Below are positions 9,342-18,900 of a stretch of 63,206 nt of DNA, piece after piece. Each line of letters starts with the position of its first letter. The stretch's first letter is position 1. Position numbers and translations under genes: made by a program. The stretch comes from Bacteroidales bacterium (GTDB lineage Bacteria > Bacteroidota > Bacteroidia > Bacteroidales > VadinHA17). Under the pieces are notes generated by a model. The model was not told the DNA's origin, did no database searches, and saw only the letters and a list, made by a program, of their open reading frames with translations. The stretch lies in contig JADGPU010000006.1 of the NCBI GenBank assembly GCA_017882305.1, forward strand, positions 1 through 63,206, in the 5' to 3' direction.

Positions 9342-10778
9342 TCAGAATGCTTTATTGTCTTTCATAGTCTGCATGATCAATGGCAGGTTAAATCTATAAT
9401 GATGATCCCCGGGTATTTTTCGGATTGTAACAGAAGTTCCGCTCAATAATCCCGGAATATCCGTTTTTTCACCATCTCCGAAGATTATCAGGGTTGGAAC
9501 ACTCTGCATCTTTATGATCTCATCGATTGTATTGTAGGTGTTCTGCCGGTTGCCCATACCCAGCATATTTGAAATATGTATCTCAAAGTCGGTAGTTTTG
9601 GCCGGAGATAAAAGAACTGCAGATTCAATCTTTGATTTTATCTCTTCCGGTAAACCGTTTACAATAAACGGAACAATTTCAGCACCTAAAGAATAACCTA
9701 TCAGAACAAACTTTTCTCTTCCCCATTCTTTACCGTAAAAACTCAGAGCTTTAGCCATGTCGGAAGCGGTCTCTTCAGGTGTACGACGTTTCCAGAAATA
9801 TTTTTTTGAATCAAGACCTACTGTCGGAATTCCCTGCTTGGCAAGATTATCAGCAATTGACTGTTCAAAACCGTACCAGCCGCCGTCACCGGAAATCAAC
9901 AAAGCGACCGGAGCCTGTTTGTCCTGAGTCTTGGAATTTGTAATAATTACCGGAAGGTTTTTAACATCATCAATATTAACCTTAGGAGGTTTATCTTTTT
10001 CATATCTTTCGATTAACCGGTTAAAAGCATCCTTCCATTGAGGCATGAATTCGCTCAACTTAGAAAATCCATGTCCGACTTTTGGCAAAGTGATTAATTC
10101 CGCGCCTTTTGTCCTGGAAACAAAATCTGCAACCATTGAATAACTGCATACTTTGTCTGCCTGACCCTGAAGAGCTATCCAGGGATTTCCCAGTTTATCA
10201 TCGGGCTGAAGAAGGTATTGTTTGCCGGGAACATCAACTGTTTCAGTAAGGTCATTAATCTGACAAAGCATTTTAGGAAGTTCAATGTCGGGACAAAACC
10301 CAAGGGATATTCCTCCGATAAAAGTTCCGAGCCGGGCCTGAGCCATGATACCATAAACGAGTGTTGCGCCGCTTGAATATCCCATAATTACGGGTGGCTT
10401 ATAATCAGGAAAATCATATTTCTTCTCTACCTCGGTTGCAAGTTGTACAAAGTCAGCTGCAACATTATAGCAATCTTCTGTCCGTTGTCTGAGATCCTTA
10501 TAATATTCCAGTATATCAACTCCTATAACCAATGTATTCATCTCAGAAAATGTCTCAGAAAAACCGGTAACCCCCGACTTCCAGCCGGCATCTCCGGAAA
10601 TCATTACTATTACATTCTGAGGTGTGGTGGTGCGGTTATAGATATAAACTTTGCCAAATGAAGGAACAATCAATGAATCTCTTGATGTGACTTCCATGGC
10701 TGAAGATTGAATAGTCAATAACAGAATGAAAAAAACTGATATAAAAGTTGATAAGAAGGTTTTCATATAGATTATCAA
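9342..10778 (-). CDS. AcvB/VirJ family lysyl-phosphatidylglycerol hydrolase
   Basis: Two alpha/beta-hydrolase domains (SGDAGW, SGDGGW), nucleophile GYSLGA, PGDHHY; directly upstream of mprF. Confidence 0.88.
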   Translation of the reverse strand: MIIYMKTFLSTFISVFFILLLTIQSSAMEVTSRDSLIVPSFGKVYIYNRTTTPQNVIVMISGDAGWKSGVTGFSETFSEMNTLVIGVDILEYYKDLRQRTEDCYNVAADFVQLATEVEKKYDFPDYKPPVIMGYSSGATLVYGIMAQARLGTFIGGISLGFCPDIELPKMLCQINDLTETVDVPGKQYLLQPDDKLGNPWIALQGQADKVCSYSMVADFVSRTKGAELITLPKVGHGFSKLSEFMPQWKDAFNRLIERYEKDKPPKVNIDDVKNLPVIITNSKTQDKQAPVALLISGDGGWYGFEQSIADNLAKQGIPTVGLDSKKYFWKRRTPEETASDMAKALSFYGKEWGREKFVLIGYSLGAEIVPFIVNGLPEEIKSKIESAVLLSPAKTTDFEIHISNMLGMGNRQNTYNTIDEIIKMQSVPTLIIFGDGEKTDIPGLLSGTSVTIRKIPGDHHYRFNLPLIMQTMKDNKAF

Positions 10779-10829
10779 TTACTGAAATTTATTTTATACT
10801 TTTTCTTCCTTTTGCTTGAATTGGAGATT

Positions 10830-10859
10830 ACCTTCGGTGAGCTCGCATTCTGCTCGGTT
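10830..10859. repeat. 30-bp GC-rich double-hairpin mini-element, probably inserted into another repeat remnant
   Basis: ACC-TTC-GGT then GAGC-N9-GCTC; sits between GAGATT and CCTCATTTCGCT. Confidence 0.45.
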
Positions 10860-10876
10860 CCTCATTTCGCTCTTTT

Positions 10877-10912
10877 GCCCTTTTCCCTGCGCCCTTTTCC
10901 CTGTGCCGTTAA
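10877..10912. repeat. Degenerate tandem heptamer (14-mer x2) abutting the ettA stop
   Basis: GCCCTTT TCCCTGC GCCCTTT TCCCTGT GCCGTTA. Confidence 0.65.
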
Positions 10913-12591
10913 GCCAGCTTCTTGTACTTTATCCTTGCCGGAGTTGTATCAGCAACTCTCTTCTTATAGTTTTCTTCATAGTCAGAGTAATTACCCTCAA
11001 ACCATACGACTTTTGAGTTACCTTCAAAAGCCAGCATGTGCGTTGTGACTCTGTCGAGAAACCACCTGTCGTGGGATATAATAACAGCACATCCTGCAAA
11101 ATTTTCAAGACCTTCCTCAAGGGCTCTCAGAGTATTAACATCGATATCGTTTGTTGGTTCGTCGAGAAGCAGAACATTTGCCCCCGATTTGAGTGTAAGA
11201 GCAAGATGCAACCTGTTTCTCTCCCCGCCTGACAGTACACCACATTTCTTTTCCTGATCAGCTCCAGTGAAATTAAACCGGGCAACATAAGCTCTTGCAT
11301 TCACCAGGCGGTTTCCTACCATTACTTCGTTCTGACCTCCTGAAATCACTTCATATACGGTTTTGGTCGGATCAATTGCCGAATGTGCCTGATCGACATA
11401 TCCCAGAGTAACCGTTTCTCCTGTTTTAAATATCCCTTTTGTTGCCTTCTCCTGTCCCATTATCATTCTGAAAAGAGTTGTCTTTCCGGCGCCATTCGGT
11501 CCGATAACACCAACTATCCCGTTTGGAGGAAGACTGAATTCAAGATCTTCAAAAAGCAATTTGTCATCAAATGATTTCGTGACTGATTTGGCCTCTATAA
11601 CTTTATCCCCCAGTCTGGGTCCGTTTGGAATAAATATTTCAAGCTTATCCTCCTTTTGTTTTATATCCTGATTAAGAAGGTTTTCATACGCACCTAACCT
11701 TGCCTTTGATTTGGCATGTCGAGCTTTGGGTGACATCCTTACCCATTCAAGCTCACGTTCAAGTATCTTTCTTCTTTTAACATTTCCTTTTTCCTCTGAC
11801 TCAAGCCTTTTTGCTTTCTGTTCAAGCCATGAAGAATAATTACCTTTCCAGGGTATTCCTTCACCCCGATCCAGTTCCAGTATCCATCCGGCAACATTAT
11901 CAAGGAAATAACGGTCGTGAGTGATACAGATTACAGTCCCGTTATACTGTTTAAGCGTCGTTTCAAGCCATTGTACCGATTCGGCATCGAGATGGTTTGT
12001 TGGTTCATCAAGCAGCAATATATCAGGCTGCTGTAAAAGTAAACGGCATAAAGCTACTCTTCTGCGCTCTCCGCCTGAAAGAACATTAACCCTGGCGTTA
12101 CTTTCAGGACACCGGAGGGCATCCATTGCACGTTCAAGCTTATGTTCGATATTCCAACCGTCCGTATAATCAATCTTCTCCTGCAGCACAGCCTGCCTGT
12201 CCATAAGTTGCTGCATTTTATCAGGATTCTCATATACTTCCGGTTCGCCAAAACTGTTGTTTATCTTTTCAAATTCTTTTATGATCTCCATAGTTTCCTT
12301 CACCCCTTCCTCAACAATTTCTCGTACACTACGGTTTTCATCAAGCAACGGATCCTGTGAAAGATGTCCTACAGAATACCCCGGAAGAAAGGTAACATCT
12401 CCCTGGTATTCCTTTTCCATACCTGCAATTATCTTCAGAAGTGTTGATTTTCCTGATCCGTTCAGACCGATAATCCCGATCTTGGCACCCAGGAAGAATG
12501 ACAGAGAAATGTCTTTAAGCACCTGTCTGTGAGGAGGGAATGATTTCCCAACCCTATACATCGAAAAAATGATCTTATTGTCGTCAGCCAT
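10909..12591 (-). CDS. ettA: Energy-dependent translational throttle ABC-F ATPase
   Basis: ISLSFF.GAKIG, two ABC cassettes (GLNGSGKST, GPNGAGKTT), LSGGERRRVALCRLLL, ELEWVRM.PKARHAK. Confidence 0.95.
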   Translation of the reverse strand: MADDNKIIFSMYRVGKSFPPHRQVLKDISLSFFLGAKIGIIGLNGSGKSTLLKIIAGMEKEYQGDVTFLPGYSVGHLSQDPLLDENRSVREIVEEGVKETMEIIKEFEKINNSFGEPEVYENPDKMQQLMDRQAVLQEKIDYTDGWNIEHKLERAMDALRCPESNARVNVLSGGERRRVALCRLLLQQPDILLLDEPTNHLDAESVQWLETTLKQYNGTVICITHDRYFLDNVAGWILELDRGEGIPWKGNYSSWLEQKAKRLESEEKGNVKRRKILERELEWVRMSPKARHAKSKARLGAYENLLNQDIKQKEDKLEIFIPNGPRLGDKVIEAKSVTKSFDDKLLFEDLEFSLPPNGIVGVIGPNGAGKTTLFRMIMGQEKATKGIFKTGETVTLGYVDQAHSAIDPTKTVYEVISGGQNEVMVGNRLVNARAYVARFNFTGADQEKKCGVLSGGERNRLHLALTLKSGANVLLLDEPTNDIDVNTLRALEEGLENFAGCAVIISHDRWFLDRVTTHMLAFEGNSKVVWFEGNYSDYEENYKKRVADTTPARIKYKKLA

Positions 12592-12623
12592 AATTTAGGA
12601 TTTTACTCATATGGCAAAAATAC

Positions 12624-12652
12624 GTAGAGACGTCCAAATTGGGCGTCTCTAC
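12624..12652. repeat. GTAG-type REP-like palindrome (copy 1)
   Basis: GTAGAGACGTCCAAATTGGGCGTCTCTAC; identical to 43402..43430. Confidence 0.9.
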
Positions 12653-12672
12653 ATCAATATATTTTTAAAATT

Positions 12673-13050
12673 TTATTTCTTTTCGAACAGTTTAACTGTA
12701 TCATCCTGTAATAATACCCAAAGAGCATATACGCCTTTCAGAGTTCCAATAGGAATATTCAGACATCCCAGAGCTGATACAACAATTACCAGGTATCTTG
12801 CCCATGGCTGATAAGTAAAAAGCCCAACACCTCCGACAAGGCCAAGTGTTGACAGAAACCCGATCAGAACAGGAACACTTATTGATAATAATTTCAATAC
12901 CGAACTAGCTACATCATCACCCATAACCTGACTTCTCGCAAAATTCAGAGCAAAGAAAGCGGCAACTGCTACAATCAGACCAAGTACCCCGAAGCCAATT
13001 TGAATCGCTCCAACCACTGTTACGTGCTTTTTCATTTTTGAATCTTCCAT
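12673..13050 (-). CDS. Small hypothetical integral membrane protein
   Basis: Three to four hydrophobic segments, PWAR.L...P.GT..G.Y.LWVL motif. Confidence 0.75.
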   Translation of the reverse strand: MEDSKMKKHVTVVGAIQIGFGVLGLIVAVAAFFALNFARSQVMGDDVASSVLKLLSISVPVLIGFLSTLGLVGGVGLFTYQPWARYLVIVVSALGCLNIPIGTLKGVYALWVLLQDDTVKLFEKK

Positions 13051-13222
13051 GACAATTAATTTTTATGCAATTTATAAATATTTCCATTCCTGCTCAAATG
13101 ACTGGCATTTTAATAATTTGATGCATCATTCTCAATTAATATTTTTAGGTCGTAATCATTTTATATTAATTCTGTACTATGAAGAAAAGAGTTTTAGTAT
13201 CTTTGTTTTTAAATTACCCTCT

Positions 13223-13444
13223 ATGAAAAGAAAATTAATGTACGCTGCCGGATTTGTTTTTATTGCATTGTCATTTTCATCATGTCAGAAGACTTGCAAG
13301 GTATGTCAGCAAAACACCTATATTAATGGTACGCTCGATCATTCAGGTTCACCAACAGAGTATTGCGGTACGGATTTGATCAAGATTGAAGCAACACCAG
13401 ATTTTGTGCTCGGCACTTCAACAACCAAATGGGAGTGCAACTAA
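13223..13444 (+). CDS. Small Cys-rich lipoprotein (73 aa)
   Basis: Start reassigned to ATG 13223: MKRKLMY... signal peptide, lipobox FSSC, TATCTTTG -7 box at 13198-13205. Confidence 0.75.
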   Translation: MKRKLMYAAGFVFIALSFSSCQKTCKVCQQNTYINGTLDHSGSPTEYCGTDLIKIEATPDFVLGTSTTKWECN

Positions 13445-15333
13445 TATTTTACTCCTATTAAAGTCATATCATCAATCTGGGGGCCGTCGCCACGCCACTC
13501 TTCAAATATCTCATTCAAACGTTCGCCTTGTTGAAGCATTGGCATCCCGGCCATTGCAACAAGCGTTTCCCTGAGTTGCAAAGACATGAATTTTTTTTGT
13601 TTTGGTCCGCCAAACTGATCGGCATAACCGTCAGAGAAAATATAAAATGCATCCCCCTTCTGAAGATCAATTTTATGCAGTGTGAATGGCTCCATCCTGT
13701 AATGAATTGCTACGGGCATTTTATCGGCCCTGTAGTGAGTAAGCTCCCCTCCTCTGACCAGATAAAGCGGACTATTGGCTCCTGCATACCATAGAATATT
13801 TTTATCGAAATCAACAACACACACAGCAATATCCATCCCGTCTTTAATACTATCTTCTTCTGCAACTTGTTTTAAAGATTTAATTATTCCCTGGCGAAGA
13901 TTTTCCAGTATCTGTTCGGGCATCAGAATATGCTTCCCATTAACAATTTCGTTAAGTAATGTTACTCCGAGCATACTCATAAATGCTCCAGGTACCCCAT
14001 GTCCTGTACAGTCTGCTGATATTATCACCTGAGGATTGGCCTGTGCACTTACCCAGTAAAAATCACCACTTACAATTGCCAGAGGTTTATAGAGAACAAA
14101 ATGTTCAAGCTTATCGCTGAAAAGTTCCAGAGATGGAATCAATGCAGTCTGTATCCTCTTGGCATACATGATACTATCTTCAATGTGTCTTTTCTGGTAT
14201 CCTATCTGGTCTCTTTGGGCAGCAGCAAGATCTCTTTGCTTTTCAATTTCATCCTTTTGCATTGAGATTGTTCTGTTTTTCTCCTCAAGCTTTAAATTCG
14301 CCTCTTTTTTTATTTTATATCCCCTGTAGATATAGTAACCAAGGATTATGACAAGAAGAAGGACGAAAAGAACAAAATAAAGAATCAGCTTCTGTTTTTC
14401 AAGTGTCTCAAGCTGAACTTTTATTTTACTCTCCTGCTCGCCTATCTTTTTTAATTGCCCATTTATTCTACTTATCTGGACAGAAATTTTTTCTTTCTGG
14501 TTTGAAAGAGTGTCCTTTTGAATCTGTACATCATGCTGTTGTACTAAAATTGTTTGTTTTTGTGTTGTAATCTCCCCTTTTTGCTTATTTATCTGAACAA
14601 GCTGAATGTTAAGTATCTTTTGTTTTTCTGTAAGAGTCTTTTCTTTTACACTGATCTCCTTATCGAGACTATCAAGCAGAGCTTTTTGCCTTAATATTTC
14701 CTTTTTCTGAAGTTCTATCTCCGCCTGTTGTTTCATTACGGTTTCTTTCTGAACCTGAAGATCTGCATCAGTTACCACAAAAAGATTCTCCCAGTCTTCC
14801 TTGGTTTTAATAGCAGCAAAAAGAAAATTCTGATTTAAAGACATACCTGCTTTCTTTATCATTTCTTCATTTGCTTCAAAATTTGGTCGATCCTTGAATA
14901 CAACAAAATTTATCATTGACTCCCTGAATTCATATCCCTCAGTAATTAGCATAGTCTGATGCCCTGCCAGTTTTGCTTTTACTTTATTCAGGTTGAATCC
15001 ACTATTTTTGTTTACGTATAATATCTGGGTATGAAGAATTTTATCTTCGCTCCTGAATGCAACTATCTGAACAGGTTTGTTTTGAATTGTTTTACGTGTC
15101 CGCGAAAGATTACCCATTTCAAATAAGAGCTCAGAAGTGTTATCAAGCAATCCTATCTTAAATGTAGATGAATCAACGAAATCAGGACCATAATCAATAT
15201 ATCTGGCCATATCAAAAAGATATAATGCTCTTGTGGAATTATCAAAGCCACCCTGACAATATGCGCTATTGACTATTAACGTTAATCCAAAAAAGAGGAT
15301 TATGATTCTGATGAAGCGAATATGTATTAACAT
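13441..15333 (-). CDS. YfiR-like sensor / coiled coil / TM / SpoIIE (PP2C) phosphatase
   Basis: N-terminal YfiR-like domain (MLITEG..FRESMINF), Q-rich heptads, TM, then VSGDFYW, ADCTGHGVPGA, FSDGY.DQFGG, QIDD. Confidence 0.85.
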   Translation of the reverse strand: MLIHIRFIRIIILFFGLTLIVNSAYCQGGFDNSTRALYLFDMARYIDYGPDFVDSSTFKIGLLDNTSELLFEMGNLSRTRKTIQNKPVQIVAFRSEDKILHTQILYVNKNSGFNLNKVKAKLAGHQTMLITEGYEFRESMINFVVFKDRPNFEANEEMIKKAGMSLNQNFLFAAIKTKEDWENLFVVTDADLQVQKETVMKQQAEIELQKKEILRQKALLDSLDKEISVKEKTLTEKQKILNIQLVQINKQKGEITTQKQTILVQQHDVQIQKDTLSNQKEKISVQISRINGQLKKIGEQESKIKVQLETLEKQKLILYFVLFVLLLVIILGYYIYRGYKIKKEANLKLEEKNRTISMQKDEIEKQRDLAAAQRDQIGYQKRHIEDSIMYAKRIQTALIPSLELFSDKLEHFVLYKPLAIVSGDFYWVSAQANPQVIISADCTGHGVPGAFMSMLGVTLLNEIVNGKHILMPEQILENLRQGIIKSLKQVAEEDSIKDGMDIAVCVVDFDKNILWYAGANSPLYLVRGGELTHYRADKMPVAIHYRMEPFTLHKIDLQKGDAFYIFSDGYADQFGGPKQKKFMSLQLRETLVAMAGMPMLQQGERLNEIFEEWRGDGPQIDDMTLIGVKY

Positions 15334-15502
15334 GATTTGGAGGATTTATTAATACGAAATTGCACAAATTAATTCAGGAAACCAAATATATGCTGACATT
15401 GAATTGCCAACAGTGTTGATAAAATGTTAATAATTGTGTAAATAAGCAGCCTCAAGATCCCTTTCTTATCGTAATTTTATACAAGCCTAATCGGACATAT
15501 AA

Positions 15503-15925
15503 ATGACATTGAATATCAGCAACTTAGAGCTTACAGGCAAAAATATAGTTATTGTTGAAGACGATGTGCCTTCAATAAAATACTATGAAACATTACTGAA
15601 AAACTCAGGTGCTGATGTATTGATATTTCATACCGGTAAAGAATTTGTCGATTATTTAGCCCAGGAAAACAAGTCAATAGACCTTGTTTTTATGGATTTT
15701 CTTGTTCCTCTGATTAACGGGATCGAATGCATAAGAATACTCAGAAAAGAGAGAAAAAACACTCCGGTTATAATGATTACTGCCTACTCTTCTGAACAGG
15801 CAAAAACAGAGGCTTATATTGCAGGATGCAATGAATATATTTTAAAACCCATTTACCCTGAAAAAATCTTTTTCCTTCTCGAAAAATACCTGAAATCGAA
15901 GATTTCGATTACCAATTCTTACTGA
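15503..15925 (+). CDS. Single-domain response regulator
   Basis: IVEDD, DLVFMD, MITA, YILKP. Confidence 0.9.
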   Translation: MTLNISNLELTGKNIVIVEDDVPSIKYYETLLKNSGADVLIFHTGKEFVDYLAQENKSIDLVFMDFLVPLINGIECIRILRKERKNTPVIMITAYSSEQAKTEAYIAGCNEYILKPIYPEKIFFLLEKYLKSKISITNSY

Positions 15926-15935
15926 TCTTATTCTT

Positions 15936-18900
15936 TCATTTTGCTGAAGGTTGCAATACCTTAACATAATCTGTGTAGTAACTCTCCAGTTTTTTGGTTA
16001 TTGCTTCTCCTATTTCAGGTTTTCCGTTAGCTGTACAGGCATTTGCAACCCTTGATGTATACTGAATAGCTGTCTGAATCTCAAATTCTTCAGAGTTGAT
16101 AATAAAAGGTTTTTGTTTAAGGAGATAATCAAGTCTCTTATAGTAGTAATCGCAAAAAGCATTAGTCATATTAACAGCTTTCTCTGTAGCCCCTGCAGCG
16201 AAGTAAGCTTCAACTATATCTGTCATATAGGGATCGTAAGGGATCTTTTCAAGAGGGAGTGCCTCCATACAAAAATTAAGTGTTTCTATCGCCTTTTCAT
16301 TTTTCCCCTCAACAGAAAGAGCTTTAGCAAGTCTTGCATAGTTCAACCTGGCTTTGACAACAATAATCGTACGCTGGTGATTATAATCAATATCTACACC
16401 TTTCTTATTCGCACCTCCCCACACAAATTTTTTAATCAGATTCTGGTATAGGATATCACTATCAATTCGTCCATAATCAAGCCAGCTTTTATTTTGAGAT
16501 TTTATGGGCACTAAACGAAATGCGAGTCCTTCCAGTTGAAAATATTCCTCAAGACCAAGAGCGTCATTATGATATCCTGTGACAAAGTAAACAGGGCGCT
16601 GCCAATTATTGTGTGCAAGAATATCAAGAACTATAAGCTGGCTTTTAAGTATTGAATTCCCCTTAAGTTTGATATCAATGTATGGAACAATTTTATCAGC
16701 GTCTTCCGGTTTAACAGTTCCCGAGGCAAGTACCTTCGCTTTATCTACAGGAATTCTGATTGTACGGGACGGAATAATATCAAGGATTTCTGTAGCGGAA
16801 ACCTGCATTTTTGTCGCTTTGTTATCGCTGTTTACAAAATCAATTATTGTTGAAATATCTACAGGATCTTTTGTTTTTTCGAATATGAAGAGCTGATTGT
16901 TGATCCCATCATAATATTTTTTAACAGGTAATGTAACAGGTAGAGGAGCAGACCCGTAGGTTCTGCTTTTCATCTGGTCGATATACCAGTCGGTATTAAG
17001 AAGCATCAGATTGCATACACGTACGTCTGTCCTTGTACCTTCCACCTCCTGGTCATACCATAAAGGGAAAGTGTCGTTATCACCATTTGTAAAAAGAATA
17101 GCATCGGGGGCGCATGAATTCAGATAGTCAAATGCGACGTCACGTGCAAGATATCGTCCGGAACGGTCATGATCGTCCCAGTTTTCTGCACCCATTACTA
17201 CAGGTACTAAAATAAAACACAGTAACCCGGCAAAAGGAGCAGCGAACTTCTCCCCTGTAAGTTTTGATAAAGCTTCGAACAGAGCAAGCACTCCCAGTCC
17301 TATCCATACAGAGAAAAAGTAAAATGATCCGGCATAAGCGTAGTCCCTTTCCCTTGGCTGGTTTGGATATTGGTTCAGATATATCACAATTGCTATTCCT
17401 GTCATCACAAATAGCAGAAGAATTATTCCCCAGTTTTTATTATCGCGGTTTAACTGATAAAACATCCCGACAAGACCCAGAATAAATGGTAACAGATAAT
17501 ACTTGTTCTTTGAGGGGTCGGTTTTCATATCTCCAGGCAAATCGGAAGTTCCAAGTCTTGGTTCGTCCAGGAATTTAATCCCTGTTATCCAGTTCCCATT
17601 TACTGTTCCACCGGTTCCCTGTGTGTCATTTTGTTTCCCGGAAAAATTCCACATAAAATACCTGAAGTACATGTAACCAAACTGGTATGAAAACATAAAT
17701 CGAAGGTTCTCTCTGAATGTTGGTTTCTTCAGGACCTTCTTCTCACCAGATTGGTCTGTAACCTGTATCGAGGTTCCCTTAACCCTGCCCCATTGCCGGT
17801 AAACTTCCTGATGGTCAGGCTGATCGCTCCACATTCTAGGAAAAAGAGTAACAAATCTTGGATCGTATAGCCGTTCAAGGTTATGGCCTGTTATGATATA
17901 CTTACCATTCTCAAGGGCATATTTAGGCTTTCCGTCTACATAGTCCGTAACAGGAGCATTAAAATAAGGCCCCTTAAATAATGGCCGTTCACCATATTGT
18001 TCCCTGTTCAGAAAGTAGAGAAGGTTAAATGGATTTGACGGATTGTTCTCATTCAGTGGTGTTTTTGCGGAAGACCTGATTACAATTATTGCATTTGCAG
18101 AATACCCTATAAGGATAACCATTATGACAGTAAGCAGGGTATTTAGCGTTGTTCTGCTCTTTCCAGCTATGTACCAGATGACTCCGGATATTATCAGGAG
18201 CGCAAGTATATTAAGAACGGCTGAACTGCCAATTACCCAGATTCCAGTAAAAAAAAGGGCTGCTATGGCAAGAACCCCGTTTTTTACTCTGTTTGTTGAT
18301 GAAAATGAGAATTTAACTGCAAAAATAAACAGGACTGCTATAAGGATCACATGGATAACCATTCCGCTGTTTGAAGGAAGGCCAAGTGTATTCACGAAAA
18401 ACCAGTCAAATTTTGAAGAAATGGCTACAACACCCGGCATTATTCCAAACATCAGCAACGACAGAAGTATTATCGAAGTCACTAATGAGATTGAAAAACC
18501 TTTCCAGGAAAATTCGAATTTTTTAAAATAATAGACAAGGACTATTGCCGGAATTGTGAGTAGATTAAGAAGATGTACTCCGATTGAAAGTCCCATAAGA
18601 AACCCGATCAGAACTAACCATCTGTCAGCATGTTTTTCTTCGGCTACATCCTCCCATTTAAGGATTGCCCAGAAAACGAGCGCAGTAAAAAAAGCAGACG
18701 AAGCATATACTTCACCCTCAACTGCTGAAAACCAGAACGAGTCTGAAAAGGAATAAGCAATAGCTCCGACGATTCCTGCAGCCATAACTGCAATGATCCT
18801 TCCGGTATTATATTGATTCTCATTCTTTATTAGGATTTTTCTTGCAAGATGGGTAATAGTCCAGAACAGAAAGAGGATAGTAAATGCACTTGCCAGTGCT

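Noticed and set aside
10812-11048. ORF-track ORFs 10812..11048 and 10816..11016
   Set aside because: They translate repeat DNA and run antisense into ettA.
14400-14780. Heptad-periodic DNA within the PP2C gene
   Set aside because: Explained by the coiled-coil protein sequence, not a DNA repeat.
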